Shown piece by piece: positions 17,511 to 30,695 of a DNA stretch of 64,000 bases; position 1 is the stretch's first letter, and every line of letters starts with the position of its first letter. Both the position numbers and the translations under genes were made by a program. Origin of the DNA: Acidobacteriota bacterium (lineage in GTDB: Bacteria > Acidobacteriota > Blastocatellia > RBC074); contig JADJLO010000034.1 of the NCBI GenBank assembly GCA_016710075.1, positions 13,484 to 77,483 of the forward strand, given 5' to 3'. The notes under the pieces were generated by a model. The model saw only the letters and a list, made by a program, of their open reading frames with translations. It ran no database searches and was not told the DNA's origin.

Positions 17511-18230
17511 ATGCTGGTAATCGCTCATCGAGGCGCATCGCGATACGAGCCTGAAAACACTCTGCGCGCATTCGATCTTGCCATCAGGCAGGGGGCGCAG
17601 ATGATAGAGCTCGACTTGCATATGACGCGCGACAATAAAGTGGTGGTCATTCACGACCCGACCCTGGATCAGACAACCGATCTCAAAGGCTCCGTCTCGC
17701 AAAGGGATCTGGCAGAAATAAAACTCGCCGATGCGGGCAGGGGCGAGCAGATTCCGACCCTCGATGAAACGCTCGATCTGACCCTCGGCAAGGTCCGCCT
17801 CTATCTTGAAATAAAAGACCCGAACGCGGCAGCCGAGACCCTGCGAATCATCCGCGATCGCGGATGCCAATCCGAGGTCATGCTGGCCTCCTTCGATACC
17901 GCGCTCATGAAAAGGCTCGGCGATGAAGTCAGAGACATCGAACTCGGCGTGATCATGGGCTCATCGAGCCTCAATCCGGTTGTCCGCTGGCGCGAGGCAT
18001 TCCCCTGGATATCTCTCGAAAAGATCAATTACCAGGTCCTCTGCATGCAGGTCGAACTCTGTTTCAGATATATCGTCAAACGAATGAATGCCAGAGGTAA
18101 AAAGGTCTACGTCTGGACCGCCGATGAAGAGAAGGATTTTCAGAGGATGTCTGAGATCGGCGTTGACGGCATTGTCAGCAATGTCCCCGATCGTCTGGCA
18201 GAGTTTGTTAAGATCGCGAAACAGACATAA
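17511..18230 (+). CDS. glycerophosphodiester phosphodiesterase (GDPD family)
   Basis: MLVIAHRGASRYEPENTLRAFDLAIRQGAQMIELDLHMTRDNKVVVIHDPTLD, the GDPD His/Arg/Glu/Asp motifs. Confidence 0.85.
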   Translation: MLVIAHRGASRYEPENTLRAFDLAIRQGAQMIELDLHMTRDNKVVVIHDPTLDQTTDLKGSVSQRDLAEIKLADAGRGEQIPTLDETLDLTLGKVRLYLEIKDPNAAAETLRIIRDRGCQSEVMLASFDTALMKRLGDEVRDIELGVIMGSSSLNPVVRWREAFPWISLEKINYQVLCMQVELCFRYIVKRMNARGKKVYVWTADEEKDFQRMSEIGVDGIVSNVPDRLAEFVKIAKQT

Positions 18231-18301
18231 TCCCGCCTTGCACATTGCAGCAGCCAGTTGCAGCAGCCAGCCGATTGTGGTAATTATTGCGCAACAAAAT
18301 A

Positions 18302-18373
<72 letters not shown>

Positions 18374-18394
18374 CTACAAAGCAATCTTAAATTC

Positions 18395-18432
18395 AAAGCC
18401 GCAGCAAAGGTAAACCAATGCTGCGGCTTTTT
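18395..18432 (+). terminator. intrinsic terminator downstream of tRNA-Gly
   Basis: AAGCCGCAGCA-(loop)-TGCTGCGGCTTTTTTATT. Confidence 0.6.
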
Positions 18433-18464
18433 TATTGATACAACAACAATCGCCAGGGAAATGC

Positions 18465-19472
18465 CTAGAGCCCCTTTGAACCGAGGTATTTGATGAGATC
18501 GATGACGCGGCAGGAATAGCCCCACTCGTTGTCATACCACGAGAGGACCTTGAGCATATTGCCGCCGATGACCTTTGTATAATCGGCATCTACGATCGAT
18601 GAATGGGGATTGCCCTTGAAATCGGACGACACCAGCGGAGCGGTCTCGAAGCGGAGGATGCCCTTGAGCTTGCCTTCAGCGGCGGCCTTGAATGCGGCAT
18701 TGACCTCTTCAGTTGTAGTGTCCTTCTCCAGTTCCATAACCACATCGACGAGCGAAACGTTGGGCGTCGGTACGCGGACGGCGATGCCGTCGAATTTGCC
18801 CTTGAGTTCTGGAAGAACCAGCGAGACGGCCTTGGCCGCGCCTGTCGATGTCGGAATCATCGAAAGCGCCGCGCGGCGCGCACGGCGCAGATCCTTGTGC
18901 GGAAAATCGAGAATCACCTGGTCATTGGTGTATGAGTGAATCGTCGTCATCTGAGCCTTCTTGATTCCGAAATTTTCGTGAATCACCATGGCTACCGGAG
19001 CCAGGCAATTGGTCGTGCACGAAGCATTCGAGATGACGTGATGTTTGGCCGGGTCATAAGCCTTTTCATTGACGCCCAGAACGATGGTGATATCTTCATT
19101 CTTCGCAGGAGCGGTAATGATGACTTTTTTGACGCTGCCGCGAAGATGGGCAGCAGCCTTCTCCCTATCGGTGAACTTGCCTGTCGCTTCGATGACGACC
19201 TCAGCCCCGACATCTTCCCAGGCTATCTTCGCCGGGTCTTTCTCTGAAAACACCTTGAACTCGTCATTGTTCACCTTGATCGTATTTTCCGTGTGAGAAA
19301 TATCGTGATCCAGGTTTCCCAGGATTGAATCGTATTTCAGCAGGTGTGCCAGAGTCTTGGTGTCCGTCAGGTCATTGACTGCCACAAAATCGATATCTTT
19401 ATTTCCCAGCGAGGCTCTCAGGATATTTCGCCCGATTCGGCCAAATCCGTTGATTGCAACTTTAATTGCCAT
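18465..19472 (-). CDS. gap: glyceraldehyde-3-phosphate dehydrogenase
   Basis: [20 protein letters not shown]; active-site [12 protein letters not shown]. Confidence 0.9.
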   Translation of the reverse strand: MAIKVAINGFGRIGRNILRASLGNKDIDFVAVNDLTDTKTLAHLLKYDSILGNLDHDISHTENTIKVNNDEFKVFSEKDPAKIAWEDVGAEVVIEATGKFTDREKAAAHLRGSVKKVIITAPAKNEDITIVLGVNEKAYDPAKHHVISNASCTTNCLAPVAMVIHENFGIKKAQMTTIHSYTNDQVILDFPHKDLRRARRAALSMIPTSTGAAKAVSLVLPELKGKFDGIAVRVPTPNVSLVDVVMELEKDTTTEEVNAAFKAAAEGKLKGILRFETAPLVSSDFKGNPHSSIVDADYTKVIGGNMLKVLSWYDNEWGYSCRVIDLIKYLGSKGL

Positions 19473-19629
19473 TTTTCTTCTCCTGTCTATGTTTTGGCGT
19501 TAATAATGTATGCTGATTCAGACAAAGGGCGGACAAAAATCGAACGGCCAGTCTGAATTTTGGAAATTAGCCCAGAGGTCTTAAAGTGTCAACCGTGCAT
19601 AAGTTAAAAACCAGCAATTTAACCGTTTC

Positions 19630-19658
19630 TTGACAGGGTTGTTGAGCGTCGTTATAGT
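19630..19658 (+). promoter_or_regulatory. sigma70-type promoter upstream of hslVU (TTGACA - 17 nt - TATAGT)
   Basis: cTTGACAgggttgttgagcgtcgtTATAGTc read directly. The spacing fits consensus and places the transcription start ~50 nt upstream of the proposed hslV ATG. Confidence 0.5.
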
Positions 19659-19713
19659 CAAATCTATGCAATATTCCCTGCAATCCAATCAAGAATCATC
19701 AAGAAAAAATCGA

Positions 19714-20244
19714 ATGCGAATACGCAGCACAACCATACTTTCAGTGAGGCGCGGCGACAAGGTAGTCGTTGCCGGTGACGGTCAGGTAACGATGGGCGAT
19801 ACGATTATGAAATCCGGAGCCCGAAAAGTCCGGCGCCTGTACAACGACAAGGTCATTGCCGGTTTTGCCGGCGCGAGCGCCGATGCCTTCGCCCTGTTTC
19901 AGCGATTCGAGTCGAAACTCGAGCAATTTCATGGGCAATTGAATCGCGCCGCAGTTGAGCTTGCCAAGGACTGGCGCACGGACAAGATGATGCGCAACCT
20001 TGAGGCGCTGCTGATCGTCGCGGACAATCAGTCCACACTGGTAATTTCAGGCACGGGAGACGTGATCGAGCCGGATGACGGGATTGTCGCGATCGGCTCC
20101 GGCGGTCCATACGCCCTGGCCGCGGCCCGGGCTCTGGCACGCAACACCGAGATGCCGCCGCTTCAAATAGCCGAGGCCGCAATGAAGATTGCCGGTGAAA
20201 TCTGCATCTACAGTAATCTGAATCTGGTAATAGAGGAGCTCTAA
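19714..20244 (+). CDS. hslV: ATP-dependent protease subunit HslV
   Basis: ...[24 protein letters not shown]...; the N-terminal Thr nucleophile follows a short MRIRS leader. An alternative in-frame ATG sits at 19675. Confidence 0.85.
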   Translation: MRIRSTTILSVRRGDKVVVAGDGQVTMGDTIMKSGARKVRRLYNDKVIAGFAGASADAFALFQRFESKLEQFHGQLNRAAVELAKDWRTDKMMRNLEALLIVADNQSTLVISGTGDVIEPDDGIVAIGSGGPYALAAARALARNTEMPPLQIAEAAMKIAGEICIYSNLNLVIEEL

Positions 20245-20262
20245 GCTTAGACAGCCAAAAAC

Positions 20263-21678
20263 ATGGTCATATATCTCAAAGGTGAAATTGAAGAATCGTT
20301 AAGTCTCGACGATCTGACGCCGCGTCAGATCGTCAGCGAACTGGACAAGCACGTGGTCGGCCAGGCTGCCGCCAAGCGCGCCGTTGCCGTGGCTCTGCGC
20401 AACAGGACCCGGCGCCAGAAACTTCCTCCCGATCTGGCTCAGGATGTCATGCCGAAAAATATCATCATGATCGGCTCGACCGGCGTAGGTAAGACCGAGA
20501 TTGCCAGAAGGCTTGCGAGGCTATCGTCGTCGCCATTCCTGAAAGTCGAAGCTTCCAAGTTTACCGAGGTCGGTTATGTCGGGCGCGATGTCGAATCGAT
20601 GATCCGCGATCTGGTGGAGATCTCGATCGATCTGGTCAGAGCCGAGAAGGTCGACGAGATTGCCGACAAGGCTGAACAGAATGTTGAAGAACGGCTTCTG
20701 GACCTGCTTTTGCCGCCGAGCAGGTCGTCAGCCGCATCATCAGCCGATCCGGCAATAGATGTGATTGAAGACACTCCTTCGTCCGCGGTGGAGACGCACA
20801 ACCGCACCCGCGAAAAACTGAGGCAGCAATTGCGCGAAGGCCGTCTCGATAACCGCATGGTCGAAATCGAGGTCCGCGAGAAGAATTTCCCCTCCTTCGA
20901 AATTTACACCAATCAGGGAATCGAAGAGATGGACATCAATCTAAAGGACATGGTTCCGGGGCTTTTCGGAGGGCGCACAAAATCACGCAAGCTCAGTGTC
21001 GAAGAGGCGATGGAATACCTCATGCAGGAAGAGGAGCAGAAGCTGGTGGACATGGATCAGGTCGCCCGCATCGCGCTGGAACGCGTCGAGTCCTCGGGAA
21101 TCATATTTCTCGATGAGATTGACAAGATTGCCGGCCGGGAGTCGGGCCAGGGGCCGGATGTCTCACGTGAGGGCGTTCAGCGCGACATCCTGCCGATTGT
21201 CGAGGGAACCTCGGTCAACACCAAATACGGAATGGTCAGGACGGATCATATTCTGTTTATCGCCGCCGGTGCATTTCACGTTTCCAAACCGTCGGATCTG
21301 ATTCCCGAGCTTCAAGGCAGATTCCCCATCCGGGTAGAGCTTCAACCTCTGACAATAGAGGATTTCAAGCGAATTCTGACCGAGCCCAAGAATGCCCTGA
21401 TCAAGCAATACATTGCACTGATGGAGACCGAGGGCATCATACTGGAGTTCAAAGATGACGCCATCGACGAGATCGCCAACTTCGCATTCAAGGTCAACGA
21501 AACAACCGAGGACATCGGCGCCCGCCGGCTGCATACAATTCTGGAAAAGGTGCTCGAAGAGATTTCCTTCGAGGGGCCCGATCTCAAGGAGAAGAATCAG
21601 GTGATTGACGCGGCATATGTCCAGGGAACGCTGGCCGATATCGTCCGGAATGAAGATTTGAGCAGGTACATCCTATAA
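20263..21678 (+). CDS. hslU: ATP-dependent protease ATPase subunit HslU
   Basis: [31 protein letters not shown], Walker [19 protein letters not shown]-terminal ...[17 protein letters not shown]. Confidence 0.9.
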   Translation: MVIYLKGEIEESLSLDDLTPRQIVSELDKHVVGQAAAKRAVAVALRNRTRRQKLPPDLAQDVMPKNIIMIGSTGVGKTEIARRLARLSSSPFLKVEASKFTEVGYVGRDVESMIRDLVEISIDLVRAEKVDEIADKAEQNVEERLLDLLLPPSRSSAASSADPAIDVIEDTPSSAVETHNRTREKLRQQLREGRLDNRMVEIEVREKNFPSFEIYTNQGIEEMDINLKDMVPGLFGGRTKSRKLSVEEAMEYLMQEEEQKLVDMDQVARIALERVESSGIIFLDEIDKIAGRESGQGPDVSREGVQRDILPIVEGTSVNTKYGMVRTDHILFIAAGAFHVSKPSDLIPELQGRFPIRVELQPLTIEDFKRILTEPKNALIKQYIALMETEGIILEFKDDAIDEIANFAFKVNETTEDIGARRLHTILEKVLEEISFEGPDLKEKNQVIDAAYVQGTLADIVRNEDLSRYIL

Positions 21679-21680
21679 AG

Positions 21681-22796
21681 GTGGAAATGAGAAAACAGAA
21701 TCGAAAATCTTCAATTTTCAGATTTGCTTCTTTTTTAGTTCTGCCTTTGATTGCTCTTGTTTCCGGGTGCGGGAAGATCGGCGACCCGCTGCCTCCGATA
21801 CCGCGAGCGCCGATGATCATCGACGAGTTGAAAGTGGAGCAGCAGGGGACGAACCTGATTCTGAGCTTTCCACTGGTCAGGACAAACCGATCGGCGATTC
21901 TGGAACGGATCGATATTTATCGTCTGATCGAATCCGCAAATGATCCGGCCGGGCTTCCGCAGGAATCCTTCTCGTCGTCGGCGGCGCTGATCCAGTCGAT
22001 ACAGGGGGACCGCATACCTCAGAAGAGTTCCACCGTGACCTTTATTGATCCGCTCGACTTGAAAAACACGGCAAGGGATCGCAGGCACCGATACGCGATT
22101 CGCCTGGTTGCGGCTTCCGGCGTGGCCGCGGATTTTTCGAATTATGCGATGATCACGCCTCTCTACGAACTCTCGCGTCCTCCATCCAATATTGAATTCC
22201 GGCAGACCGAACGCGAGACGCTCATCAAATGGGCGCCGCCGGCGACCAACGAGAACGGATCGTCGCCGGCGAATGTCGCGGGCTACGATATCTTTCGCCG
22301 GGCGGGCGAAAACGGGTCGCTGGTAAAACTCAACTCGGAACCTCTGCGCGAGCCCCAATTCAGCGACAGGAATTTTCGGTTCGAAGTGAAGTATCAGTAC
22401 ATTGTCCGTTCTCTTTCGCTGCTGCCCGGCAATGCGGCTTTGAGCAGCGCCATCGAAAGTAATGACAGCGCTCTCATGAACTACACGCCGAAGGATAGTT
22501 TTCCGCCAGCAGCGCCTTCATCGGTGACCATCGCCTCGATCAATTCGATCGTCAGCATCTTCTGGCCGCTCAATTCGGAACCGGATGTCGCCGGCTACAA
22601 CATCTATCGCTCTGAGGATGACAAGGCACCTCCGGAAAAATGGGCCAGACTCAACCCGCTGCTCCACAAAACCGCGTCTTTTCGCGATGACAAGGTGCAG
22701 GTTGGAAAACAGTATTTTTACCAGATCACGGCTGTCGATCAATTCGGTAATGAGAGCGTGCGCTCAACGACAGTCGGTGAAACTGTAAACCCGTAG
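21681..22796 (+). CDS. lipoprotein with fibronectin-III-like domains
   Basis: Lipobox LVSGC; Fn3-like C-terminus (AGYNIYRSEDDK...QYFYQITAVDQFGNES). Confidence 0.55.
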   Translation: MEMRKQNRKSSIFRFASFLVLPLIALVSGCGKIGDPLPPIPRAPMIIDELKVEQQGTNLILSFPLVRTNRSAILERIDIYRLIESANDPAGLPQESFSSSAALIQSIQGDRIPQKSSTVTFIDPLDLKNTARDRRHRYAIRLVAASGVAADFSNYAMITPLYELSRPPSNIEFRQTERETLIKWAPPATNENGSSPANVAGYDIFRRAGENGSLVKLNSEPLREPQFSDRNFRFEVKYQYIVRSLSLLPGNAALSSAIESNDSALMNYTPKDSFPPAAPSSVTIASINSIVSIFWPLNSEPDVAGYNIYRSEDDKAPPEKWARLNPLLHKTASFRDDKVQVGKQYFYQITAVDQFGNESVRSTTVGETVNP

Positions 22797-22858
22797 TAGA
22801 AATAATTAACAAATTAAAAAAAATAATTAAACAAATAAAATAACGAAAGGAAGAGCAT

Positions 22859-24276
<1,418 letters not shown>

Positions 24277-24298
24277 TTCGCAGATATATAATAAAAAA

Positions 24299-24343
24299 AC
24301 GAAGCAGACGAAAAAAACCTCACTTTTCCCGTCTGCTTCGTTT
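24299..24343 (+). terminator. intrinsic terminator after gdh
   Basis: GAAGCAGACG-(loop)-CGTCTGCTTCGTTTTATCTGCGTTTTTTTT. Confidence 0.55.
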
Positions 24344-24386
24344 TATCTGCGTTTTTTTTCGCGATTATTATTTTTTTATCGGCGTG

Positions 24387-24731
24387 TTATTGAAAACTCT
24401 CCAGAGCCGTTGATTCATCCTCATAAATTTCGAAGACAGTAAGAAGCTTGGTGATCATGAGAAGGTCCTTGATCTTCTTCGGCAGGTTGAGGAGTTTGAG
24501 GCGGCCGCCCGTATTTTTTGTGGTCGTGAATCTTGAAACGAGTTCTCCGATTCCGGAGCTGTCGACGTAGGTGACACCGCCGAGGTTAAGAATAATCCGG
24601 TTGCGGCCGGCATCTAAAAGTGAGCCAACGGAATCGCGCAACTGAACGCTTCCCTCTCCGATCGTGATTTTTCCGGTCAGGTCAAGTATTGCAACATCGC
24701 CGACGGCGCGTTCTCTAATTTCCAACTGCAT
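24387..24731 (-). CDS. anti-sigma factor antagonist (STAS domain)
   Basis: [35 protein letters not shown]...[21 protein letters not shown] 8 nt upstream of ATG at 24731. Overlaps the kinase gene by 17 nt. Confidence 0.75.
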   Translation of the reverse strand: MQLEIRERAVGDVAILDLTGKITIGEGSVQLRDSVGSLLDAGRNRIILNLGGVTYVDSSGIGELVSRFTTTKNTGGRLKLLNLPKKIKDLLMITKLLTVFEIYEDESTALESFQ

Positions 24732-25188
24732 CGTGTGTACGCTCTCCTTCGTCATTCTGTTTAGGTGGAGTGCGGCGCTTTGACATTGAAACGAGCATTC
24801 CCCCCTCGGGATGCCGCTGCCATTCGACGCTGTCCATAAACGTGCGCATGTAAAGAATGCCGCGACCGGCCGGGTTGAGCAGGTTTTGTGGATCGAGCGG
24901 ATCCGGCAAGTCCGAGGGATCGAAACCTTCGCCATAGTCCCGGACCGTTACTTTCAACTCGTCCGGGCCAACCGTGTACCGGATATCCACGGATTTCTGA
25001 GGATCGTATTTGTTACCGTGCTCGACCGCATTGGCCACGGATTCACGGACGGCCATATTGACCCAATAGGACGCATCCTCGTCAAATCCGATCATGCCCG
25101 AGATGTTATCGGTGAGCGTGGTGACCAGATCAATGAATTCCAACTGACTCGTAATTGTCAGTTCTACCACATTTTCGGCTAGCATCAT
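24715..25188 (-). CDS. anti-sigma regulatory factor, Ser-protein kinase (RsbW/SpoIIAB-like HATPase)
   Basis: [16 protein letters not shown] (N-box); [12 protein letters not shown]...AGRGILYM (G-boxes). Confidence 0.75.
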   Translation of the reverse strand: MMLAENVVELTITSQLEFIDLVTTLTDNISGMIGFDEDASYWVNMAVRESVANAVEHGNKYDPQKSVDIRYTVGPDELKVTVRDYGEGFDPSDLPDPLDPQNLLNPAGRGILYMRTFMDSVEWQRHPEGGMLVSMSKRRTPPKQNDEGERTHDAVGN

Positions 25189-25354
25189 AAAGCCGTGGGT
25201 TTCCTCTACTGGCGTATTTCAGATCTGCCCAAGCAGGATTCGATCTGTTAAGATGCTCGCGAGTTTCGACTCAGCGATCCAATAATCGTTAATGTGTGTA
25301 ACACAGCGTAAAAAGGGCTGTCAAGTTAAGCGTTTTAGAAGTATGGACGCGGAA

Positions 25355-25445
25355 AGGCTTTATGAGGTTAAAGTTCAAAGGTTAAAGTTCAGCGTAGAAA
25401 GCCGCCGGACACTTTAAACCTTGCACTTTACACTTTAAAATTTCG
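25355..25445. repeat. inverted TTAAAGTTCAAAG-type heptamer repeats around a short core
   Basis: GGTTAAAGTTCAAAGGTTAAAGTTCAG ... CACTTTAAACCTTGCACTTTACACTTTAAAA. Confidence 0.6.
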
Positions 25446-25450
25446 ATTAA

Positions 25451-26761
25451 ATGCCGGAAACAAAGATCATCAGAGTATTACCCGCCAATCTGCTAAGGGG
25501 GGAATTTCATCTTCCCGGGGATAAATCGATCTCGCATCGAAGCGCCATGTTTGCGGCGATCGGCGACGGGCAGTCGAGGTTGAAAAATTATTCATCGGCG
25601 CGCGACTGTCAGAGCACGCTTGACTGCCTGGAGAAGCTCGGGATCCGGATCGGGCGTGAACCGGGACTGATCACGATAGAGGGTGCGGGGATCGACGGGA
25701 TTAAAGCGGCATCGGGAATACTGGACGCGGGCAATTCAGGCTCGACCATCAGAATGTTGTCGGGGATTCTCGCCGGGCAGGCATTTACCACCGAGATCAC
25801 CGGTGACGAGAGCATTCAGCGACGCCCGATGAAACGGATCATAGATCCCCTGACGCTGATGGGAGCCAGGATAGAAGCACGCGAAGGCAATTTCGCTCCG
25901 TTGAAAATATCGGGCGGCGACCTGAAAGCGATCGAATACACCCCGCCGGTGGCGAGTGCGCAGGTCAAGTCATCGGTGCTTCTGGCCGGCCTTTTTGCTG
26001 AGGGGAAAACAACCGTCATCGAAAAGACTCCGACAAGGAATCACACCGAAGTGATGCTGCGGGAATGCGGAGCGGCAATCGAAATTGACAAGGTATCCGC
26101 GGGAGAGAGAATCTCTGTGACCGGCCGGCAACCGCTGCGAGCCCTTGGAGATTACACAGTTGCCGGCGACCTGTCATCGGCGGCATTCTTCATCGTCGCG
26201 GCTTTGATCACGAAAAACTCCCGTTTGAAACTTCAGCATATCGGCATCAACCCATCGCGCACGGCATTGATCGACGTCCTGAAGCAGATGGGCGGCCGGA
26301 TAGAGATTGCCGATTCGAGACTTGCTCATGGCGAGGGAGTGGCCGACATCATTGCGGAATCATCCGATTTGAAAGGCGATATTGATCTTTCAGGAGCGCT
26401 TATCGCCAATCTGATCGACGAGATCCCGATACTGGCTGTTGCCGCGACTCAGCTTCACGGGACGCTGAGGATCCGCGAGGCCGGTGAACTGAGAGTCAAG
26501 GAGAGCGACCGGATTCGAGCCATCGTCGACAATCTGAGAAAAATGGGAATCGAAATTGATGAGTTCGATGACGGGCTGCGAATTGCCGGACCGCAGAAGC
26601 TTCGCGGAGCCCGGATCGAATCTTTCGATGACCATCGAATCGCCATGGCTTTCGCAGTGGCCGGCCTGATAGCCGACGGTGAGACCGAGATCCACGGCGC
26701 CGAAGCCGCCTCGGTTTCATTGCCGGAATTTTTCGAGATTTTGAATGGAATCAGGAATTGA
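25451..26761 (+). CDS. aroA: 3-phosphoshikimate 1-carboxyvinyltransferase (EPSP synthase)
   Basis: [20 protein letters not shown], ...RVKESDRI..., full-length 436 aa. Confidence 0.9.
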   Translation: MPETKIIRVLPANLLRGEFHLPGDKSISHRSAMFAAIGDGQSRLKNYSSARDCQSTLDCLEKLGIRIGREPGLITIEGAGIDGIKAASGILDAGNSGSTIRMLSGILAGQAFTTEITGDESIQRRPMKRIIDPLTLMGARIEAREGNFAPLKISGGDLKAIEYTPPVASAQVKSSVLLAGLFAEGKTTVIEKTPTRNHTEVMLRECGAAIEIDKVSAGERISVTGRQPLRALGDYTVAGDLSSAAFFIVAALITKNSRLKLQHIGINPSRTALIDVLKQMGGRIEIADSRLAHGEGVADIIAESSDLKGDIDLSGALIANLIDEIPILAVAATQLHGTLRIREAGELRVKESDRIRAIVDNLRKMGIEIDEFDDGLRIAGPQKLRGARIESFDDHRIAMAFAVAGLIADGETEIHGAEAASVSLPEFFEILNGIRN

Positions 26762-27292
26762 ATGACGGCCAGTTCAGAGATCGGTAATTCTTCAATCTAC
26801 CTTGTGGGTTTCATGGCCAGCGGCAAATCGACTGTCGGCCCGGCCCTGGCTGCGAGGCTGTGCATGGAGTTCATCGATCTCGACCGGGTAATCGAGATGA
26901 AGATGGGATGCACGATTGCTCAACTGATCGAGCGTGAAGGCGAAGGCTCTTTCAGGCAAATCGAAACTGAAGCGCTTGGAGAAGTCTCTCAATGCACGGC
27001 GGCGGTCATTGCACCGGGAGGCGGGGCGATAACCCGCGAAGAGAATGTCAAATTGATGGCCGCAAGCGGTAGACGCATCTGGCTGGATGCTCCGTTCGAA
27101 CTCTGCTGGCGCAGGATTGAGCAGGACCGGAATCAACGCCCGCTGGCTCCTGACGAGCCGACGGCAAGGTCGCGATATGAACAACGACTGCCGCTTTACA
27201 AGCAGTCGGATATCCAAATCATAATCGGGGAATCACAATCGCCCCACGAGATCGTTGCATCGATCATCGATCAACTTTCCCGGCAAGACTGA
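26762..27292 (+). CDS. aroK: shikimate kinase
   Basis: Walker [15 protein letters not shown]; abuts the aroA stop. Confidence 0.8.
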   Translation: MTASSEIGNSSIYLVGFMASGKSTVGPALAARLCMEFIDLDRVIEMKMGCTIAQLIEREGEGSFRQIETEALGEVSQCTAAVIAPGGGAITREENVKLMAASGRRIWLDAPFELCWRRIEQDRNQRPLAPDEPTARSRYEQRLPLYKQSDIQIIIGESQSPHEIVASIIDQLSRQD

Positions 27293-28443
27293 TGAAAATC
27301 GAACGGATTCTGGTACGTGGGACAAACTGGATCGGCGATGCTGTCATGACCACACCGGCGCTGCAGCGCCTGCGCGCGTCATTTCCCGCGGCTCATATTT
27401 CCCTGCTGGCGACTCCGCTCACCTCCGGACTTTTTCCTGGATCTCCGTTCATCGATGAGATAATCGAATACCGTCGGCGCGAGGAAGGCGTGAAGGCTTT
27501 CTTCGACGCGGTCAAAACCGTCAGGTCAGGCAGATTCGATCTGGCGCTGTTGTTTCAGAATGCCTTCGAAGCGGCTTTGATAGCCCGGCTCGGCGGCATC
27601 AGATTGAGAGTGGGTTATGCCGGGCAGGGGCGCAGTCTGCTGCTGACACACAGGCTGCATCGCGGGCCGCGGCATCGCCATCGTCATCAGATCAACGATT
27701 ATCTGGATATCGTATTCGAAGCCGAACGCGCCTGCTCGGCTTCGACAATTTTCAATCCTGGTTCAGAAACACCCGAAGCATCGCTCACAGCAGGCGCCCG
27801 GGACTTAAAGGCCGCAAAGGATCTGCTGGAAAAATCAGGGATCATCAAAGACGCCGGCCCGCTGGTTGCACTCAACACTGGTGCGACCAACAGCCGCGCG
27901 AAGTGCTGGCCGGCAGAGAATTTTGCCGCCCTCGCCGACAAGTTGATCGAGAAGTTCGGCGCCCGGATTGTCCTCATAGGTGGCCCCGGAGAACGCCGAT
28001 ACGCCGAGCAGGTGGAGCATTCAATGCAAAATAAATTCGTATTCAATCTGGCCGGCAAAACCAGCATGAGCGAATTGATCGGCCTGCTGGAAGCCTGCGA
28101 CCTGCTTGTCAGCAATGATACGGGGCCGGCCCACATCGGAGCGGCGCTGGGCTGTCCGACGCTGACAATTTTCGGCCCTACCAACGAATACGAGACGGCG
28201 CCCACCGGCTCGAGGGCTGAAATCATGAGGGCTGAAGGGATCGAATGCGCCCGGTGCATGCACAGAGACTGCCCCATCGATCATCGCTGCATGACGCGCA
28301 TCACACCCGATGAACTCTTCCTGCGCGCCGCCGGTCTGCTCAAGGGAAAACCCGTCAATCCGGAACCCCGGGGCGCGCAAACCCGGCGGTTGCACCCTGG
28401 CCCAAACCGGGGGGAGGGGGTAATCAATAGATATGTCCAGTAA
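27292..28443 (+). CDS. ADP-heptose:LPS heptosyltransferase (GT9), long C-terminal extension
   Basis: [28 protein letters not shown]-terminus; GT9 fold through [20 protein letters not shown]-terminal Cys/His-rich tail ~40 aa longer than typical. Confidence 0.75.
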   Translation: MKIERILVRGTNWIGDAVMTTPALQRLRASFPAAHISLLATPLTSGLFPGSPFIDEIIEYRRREEGVKAFFDAVKTVRSGRFDLALLFQNAFEAALIARLGGIRLRVGYAGQGRSLLLTHRLHRGPRHRHRHQINDYLDIVFEAERACSASTIFNPGSETPEASLTAGARDLKAAKDLLEKSGIIKDAGPLVALNTGATNSRAKCWPAENFAALADKLIEKFGARIVLIGGPGERRYAEQVEHSMQNKFVFNLAGKTSMSELIGLLEACDLLVSNDTGPAHIGAALGCPTLTIFGPTNEYETAPTGSRAEIMRAEGIECARCMHRDCPIDHRCMTRITPDELFLRAAGLLKGKPVNPEPRGAQTRRLHPGPNRGEGVINRYVQ

Positions 28444-29023
28444 GGCAATTTTCATAGATCGAGACGGAACATTGAATGAAGACGTCGGCTATATCTCCGA
28501 CCCAAAAGAGTTTCGCTTGTTCGATTTTGCGCCGGAGGCGGTGAGACTGATAAACAACTCAGGATTTCTCGTCATCGTGCTGACCAATCAATCCGGCATC
28601 GCGAGAGGTTTTCTGACTGAGGAGATCCTTGGCCGGCTGCATGACAAGATGGAATCCGAGCTCGCAAGCCAGGGCGCGCGGATAGACCGAATTTATTTCT
28701 GCCCGCACCATCCCGAGATCGGCGAGCCGCCATACAAGGTCGATTGCGACTGCCGTAAGCCGAAATCCGGACTGATTCTGCAAGCCGCAACAGAGATGGA
28801 TGTCAATCTCAGGAAGAGCTATGTCATCGGTGACCGCTATCGTGACATGGAAACTGGCCAGGCGGTCGGAGCAACCGGAGTGCTGGTGCTGACAGGTTTT
28901 GGCAGGGAGGAAGCGCTTACGCCCCCAGCCAACCGTTTGCAGCAACCCGAACATGTAGCGGAAAATCTTGTCGAAGCGGTCCGCTGGATTTTGAACCGGG
29001 AAAACCTCGATAAAAGCCGTTGA
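28433..29023 (+). CDS. gmhB: D,D-heptose 1,7-bisphosphate phosphatase (HAD-IIIA)
   Basis: [24 protein letters not shown], Zn-binding CPHHPE...[18 protein letters not shown]. Confidence 0.8.
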   Translation: MSSKAIFIDRDGTLNEDVGYISDPKEFRLFDFAPEAVRLINNSGFLVIVLTNQSGIARGFLTEEILGRLHDKMESELASQGARIDRIYFCPHHPEIGEPPYKVDCDCRKPKSGLILQAATEMDVNLRKSYVIGDRYRDMETGQAVGATGVLVLTGFGREEALTPPANRLQQPEHVAENLVEAVRWILNRENLDKSR

Positions 29024-29033
29024 CAAAAAATAT

Positions 29034-30119
29034 TTGATGAAGATTCTCATCGTCAGACTTGGAGCCATTGGAGATGTCTTGCACACGCTGCCCGCGCTGG
29101 CGGCGCTGCGCCGCTCGATGCCTGAGGCTCGCATTGCCTGGGCCGTCGAGAAGGGCGGTGCAGCCGGGCTGCTGCAGGACAATCCCTGCATCGACGATCT
29201 GATAGAGCTTGACCTGCGCGGATGGCGCAAGAATCCGACAAAAACCGGGAATCTCAGGGCTGTTCGTGATGCCGTCTCCAGATTGAGAGCCGCCCGATTC
29301 GATCTTTCACTTGATTTCCAGGGACTGCTGAAATCGGCAATGATTCCGTGGATCAGCCGGGTGCCGCGTCGCATAGGATTTTCCCGCGCGGCGCTGCGTG
29401 AACCTGCCTCCGCATTTCTGTTGACCGAACAGGCGCCGGCAGATGACACCGGTCACGTCATCAGAAAGAATCTTCAACTCATCGCACATCTCGGCTGTGA
29501 CATTTCGGGAGAATACGAATTCCCCATCGCGCTCGGCGCAGATGACCTCAACTTCGCTCAATCCGTTGCCTCAAAGTACGACGGCAGATTCGCGATACTC
29601 AATCCCGGCGGCGGGTGGCCGACCAAGCTCTGGGGTACTGACGGCTTTGCCGTCATTGCCGACAGATTAAAAACTGCATACGGGATACGGTCGGTTGTGA
29701 CCTTTGGACCGGGCGAGGAGGCAATCGCTGAAGAGATAGTCTCTCAATCGCGCACCGGGGCAGCCGATCTGCTAAAATCAGACCTCAAACAGTTTTTTGC
29801 ACTGGCCCGGAAGACAAGTTTGTTCATCGGCGGCGATACTGGCCCAATGCATCTGGCGGCGGCAGCCGGGGCTCCGATCGTTTCCATCTTTGGTCCGACG
29901 TCGTCGCAGCGCAACGGACCTTTCAACAAAGACGACGTCGTCATCGAAAGATGGGATCTGGATTGCCGCACCGATTGCTACCGTCGAAGCTGCAGCCATA
30001 CTTCATGTATGAAAATCCCTGCCGACACCGTCTGGCAGGGCGTCGTCAAGAGGCTGCAAATTTTACCGACACTAACCCCCGCCGGCGCCGGCGGATTTTT
30101 GACAAATAAAAATGGCTGA
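29034..30119 (+). CDS. ADP-heptose:LPS heptosyltransferase (GT9)
   Basis: [26 protein letters not shown]...; [27 protein letters not shown]. Confidence 0.75.
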   Translation: MMKILIVRLGAIGDVLHTLPALAALRRSMPEARIAWAVEKGGAAGLLQDNPCIDDLIELDLRGWRKNPTKTGNLRAVRDAVSRLRAARFDLSLDFQGLLKSAMIPWISRVPRRIGFSRAALREPASAFLLTEQAPADDTGHVIRKNLQLIAHLGCDISGEYEFPIALGADDLNFAQSVASKYDGRFAILNPGGGWPTKLWGTDGFAVIADRLKTAYGIRSVVTFGPGEEAIAEEIVSQSRTGAADLLKSDLKQFFALARKTSLFIGGDTGPMHLAAAAGAPIVSIFGPTSSQRNGPFNKDDVVIERWDLDCRTDCYRRSCSHTSCMKIPADTVWQGVVKRLQILPTLTPAGAGGFLTNKNG

Positions 30120-30690
30120 ACCCAACTCAATCACGAAACCGGAATGGCGCGGCAGGCTGCAAAGGCTGCGGGTGCCCATCGGATTCATCACCGCGATCCT
30201 GTTCGTTCTGATATCCCGGCCCACGTGGTCCACAATGACCATTGGAGTGCCTCTGGCGCTGTGTGGTGCGTTGATTCGCGCCTGGGCATCAGGCCACCTG
30301 AGAAAGAATGCGGAACTGGCCATCAGCGGACCATATTCTCATACCAGGAACCCGCTATATTTCGGAAGTCTCGTCATGGCTGCCGGTTGTGCAATGGCTG
30401 GAGGCCACCTTCTGCTCGGCATCTGGCTCATCGGTTTCTTTCTGGTGATCTACCTGCCGGTCATGCAGGCGGAGGCCGATCACATGCGAAACCTTTTCGC
30501 CGATTCGTACCGGCAGTGGGCCGCGAACGTTCCACTCTTCATTCCACGACTGACTCCTTACGGTGCAGGCAATGAGGCTCAATTCGATTTCAGTCAATAT
30601 CTGCATCACAGGGAATATCGCGCATTGATTGGCCTCGGAATCGTCCTCGGCATATTGTTCATCAAAACCGCATGGTCACCGGGATTCTGA
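30112..30690 (+). CDS. isoprenylcysteine carboxyl methyltransferase / phospholipid methyltransferase family membrane protein
   Basis: [13 protein letters not shown] signature; 4-5 TM helices. Confidence 0.7.
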   Translation: MAEPNSITKPEWRGRLQRLRVPIGFITAILFVLISRPTWSTMTIGVPLALCGALIRAWASGHLRKNAELAISGPYSHTRNPLYFGSLVMAAGCAMAGGHLLLGIWLIGFFLVIYLPVMQAEADHMRNLFADSYRQWAANVPLFIPRLTPYGAGNEAQFDFSQYLHHREYRALIGLGIVLGILFIKTAWSPGF

Positions 30691-30695
30691 TTGAT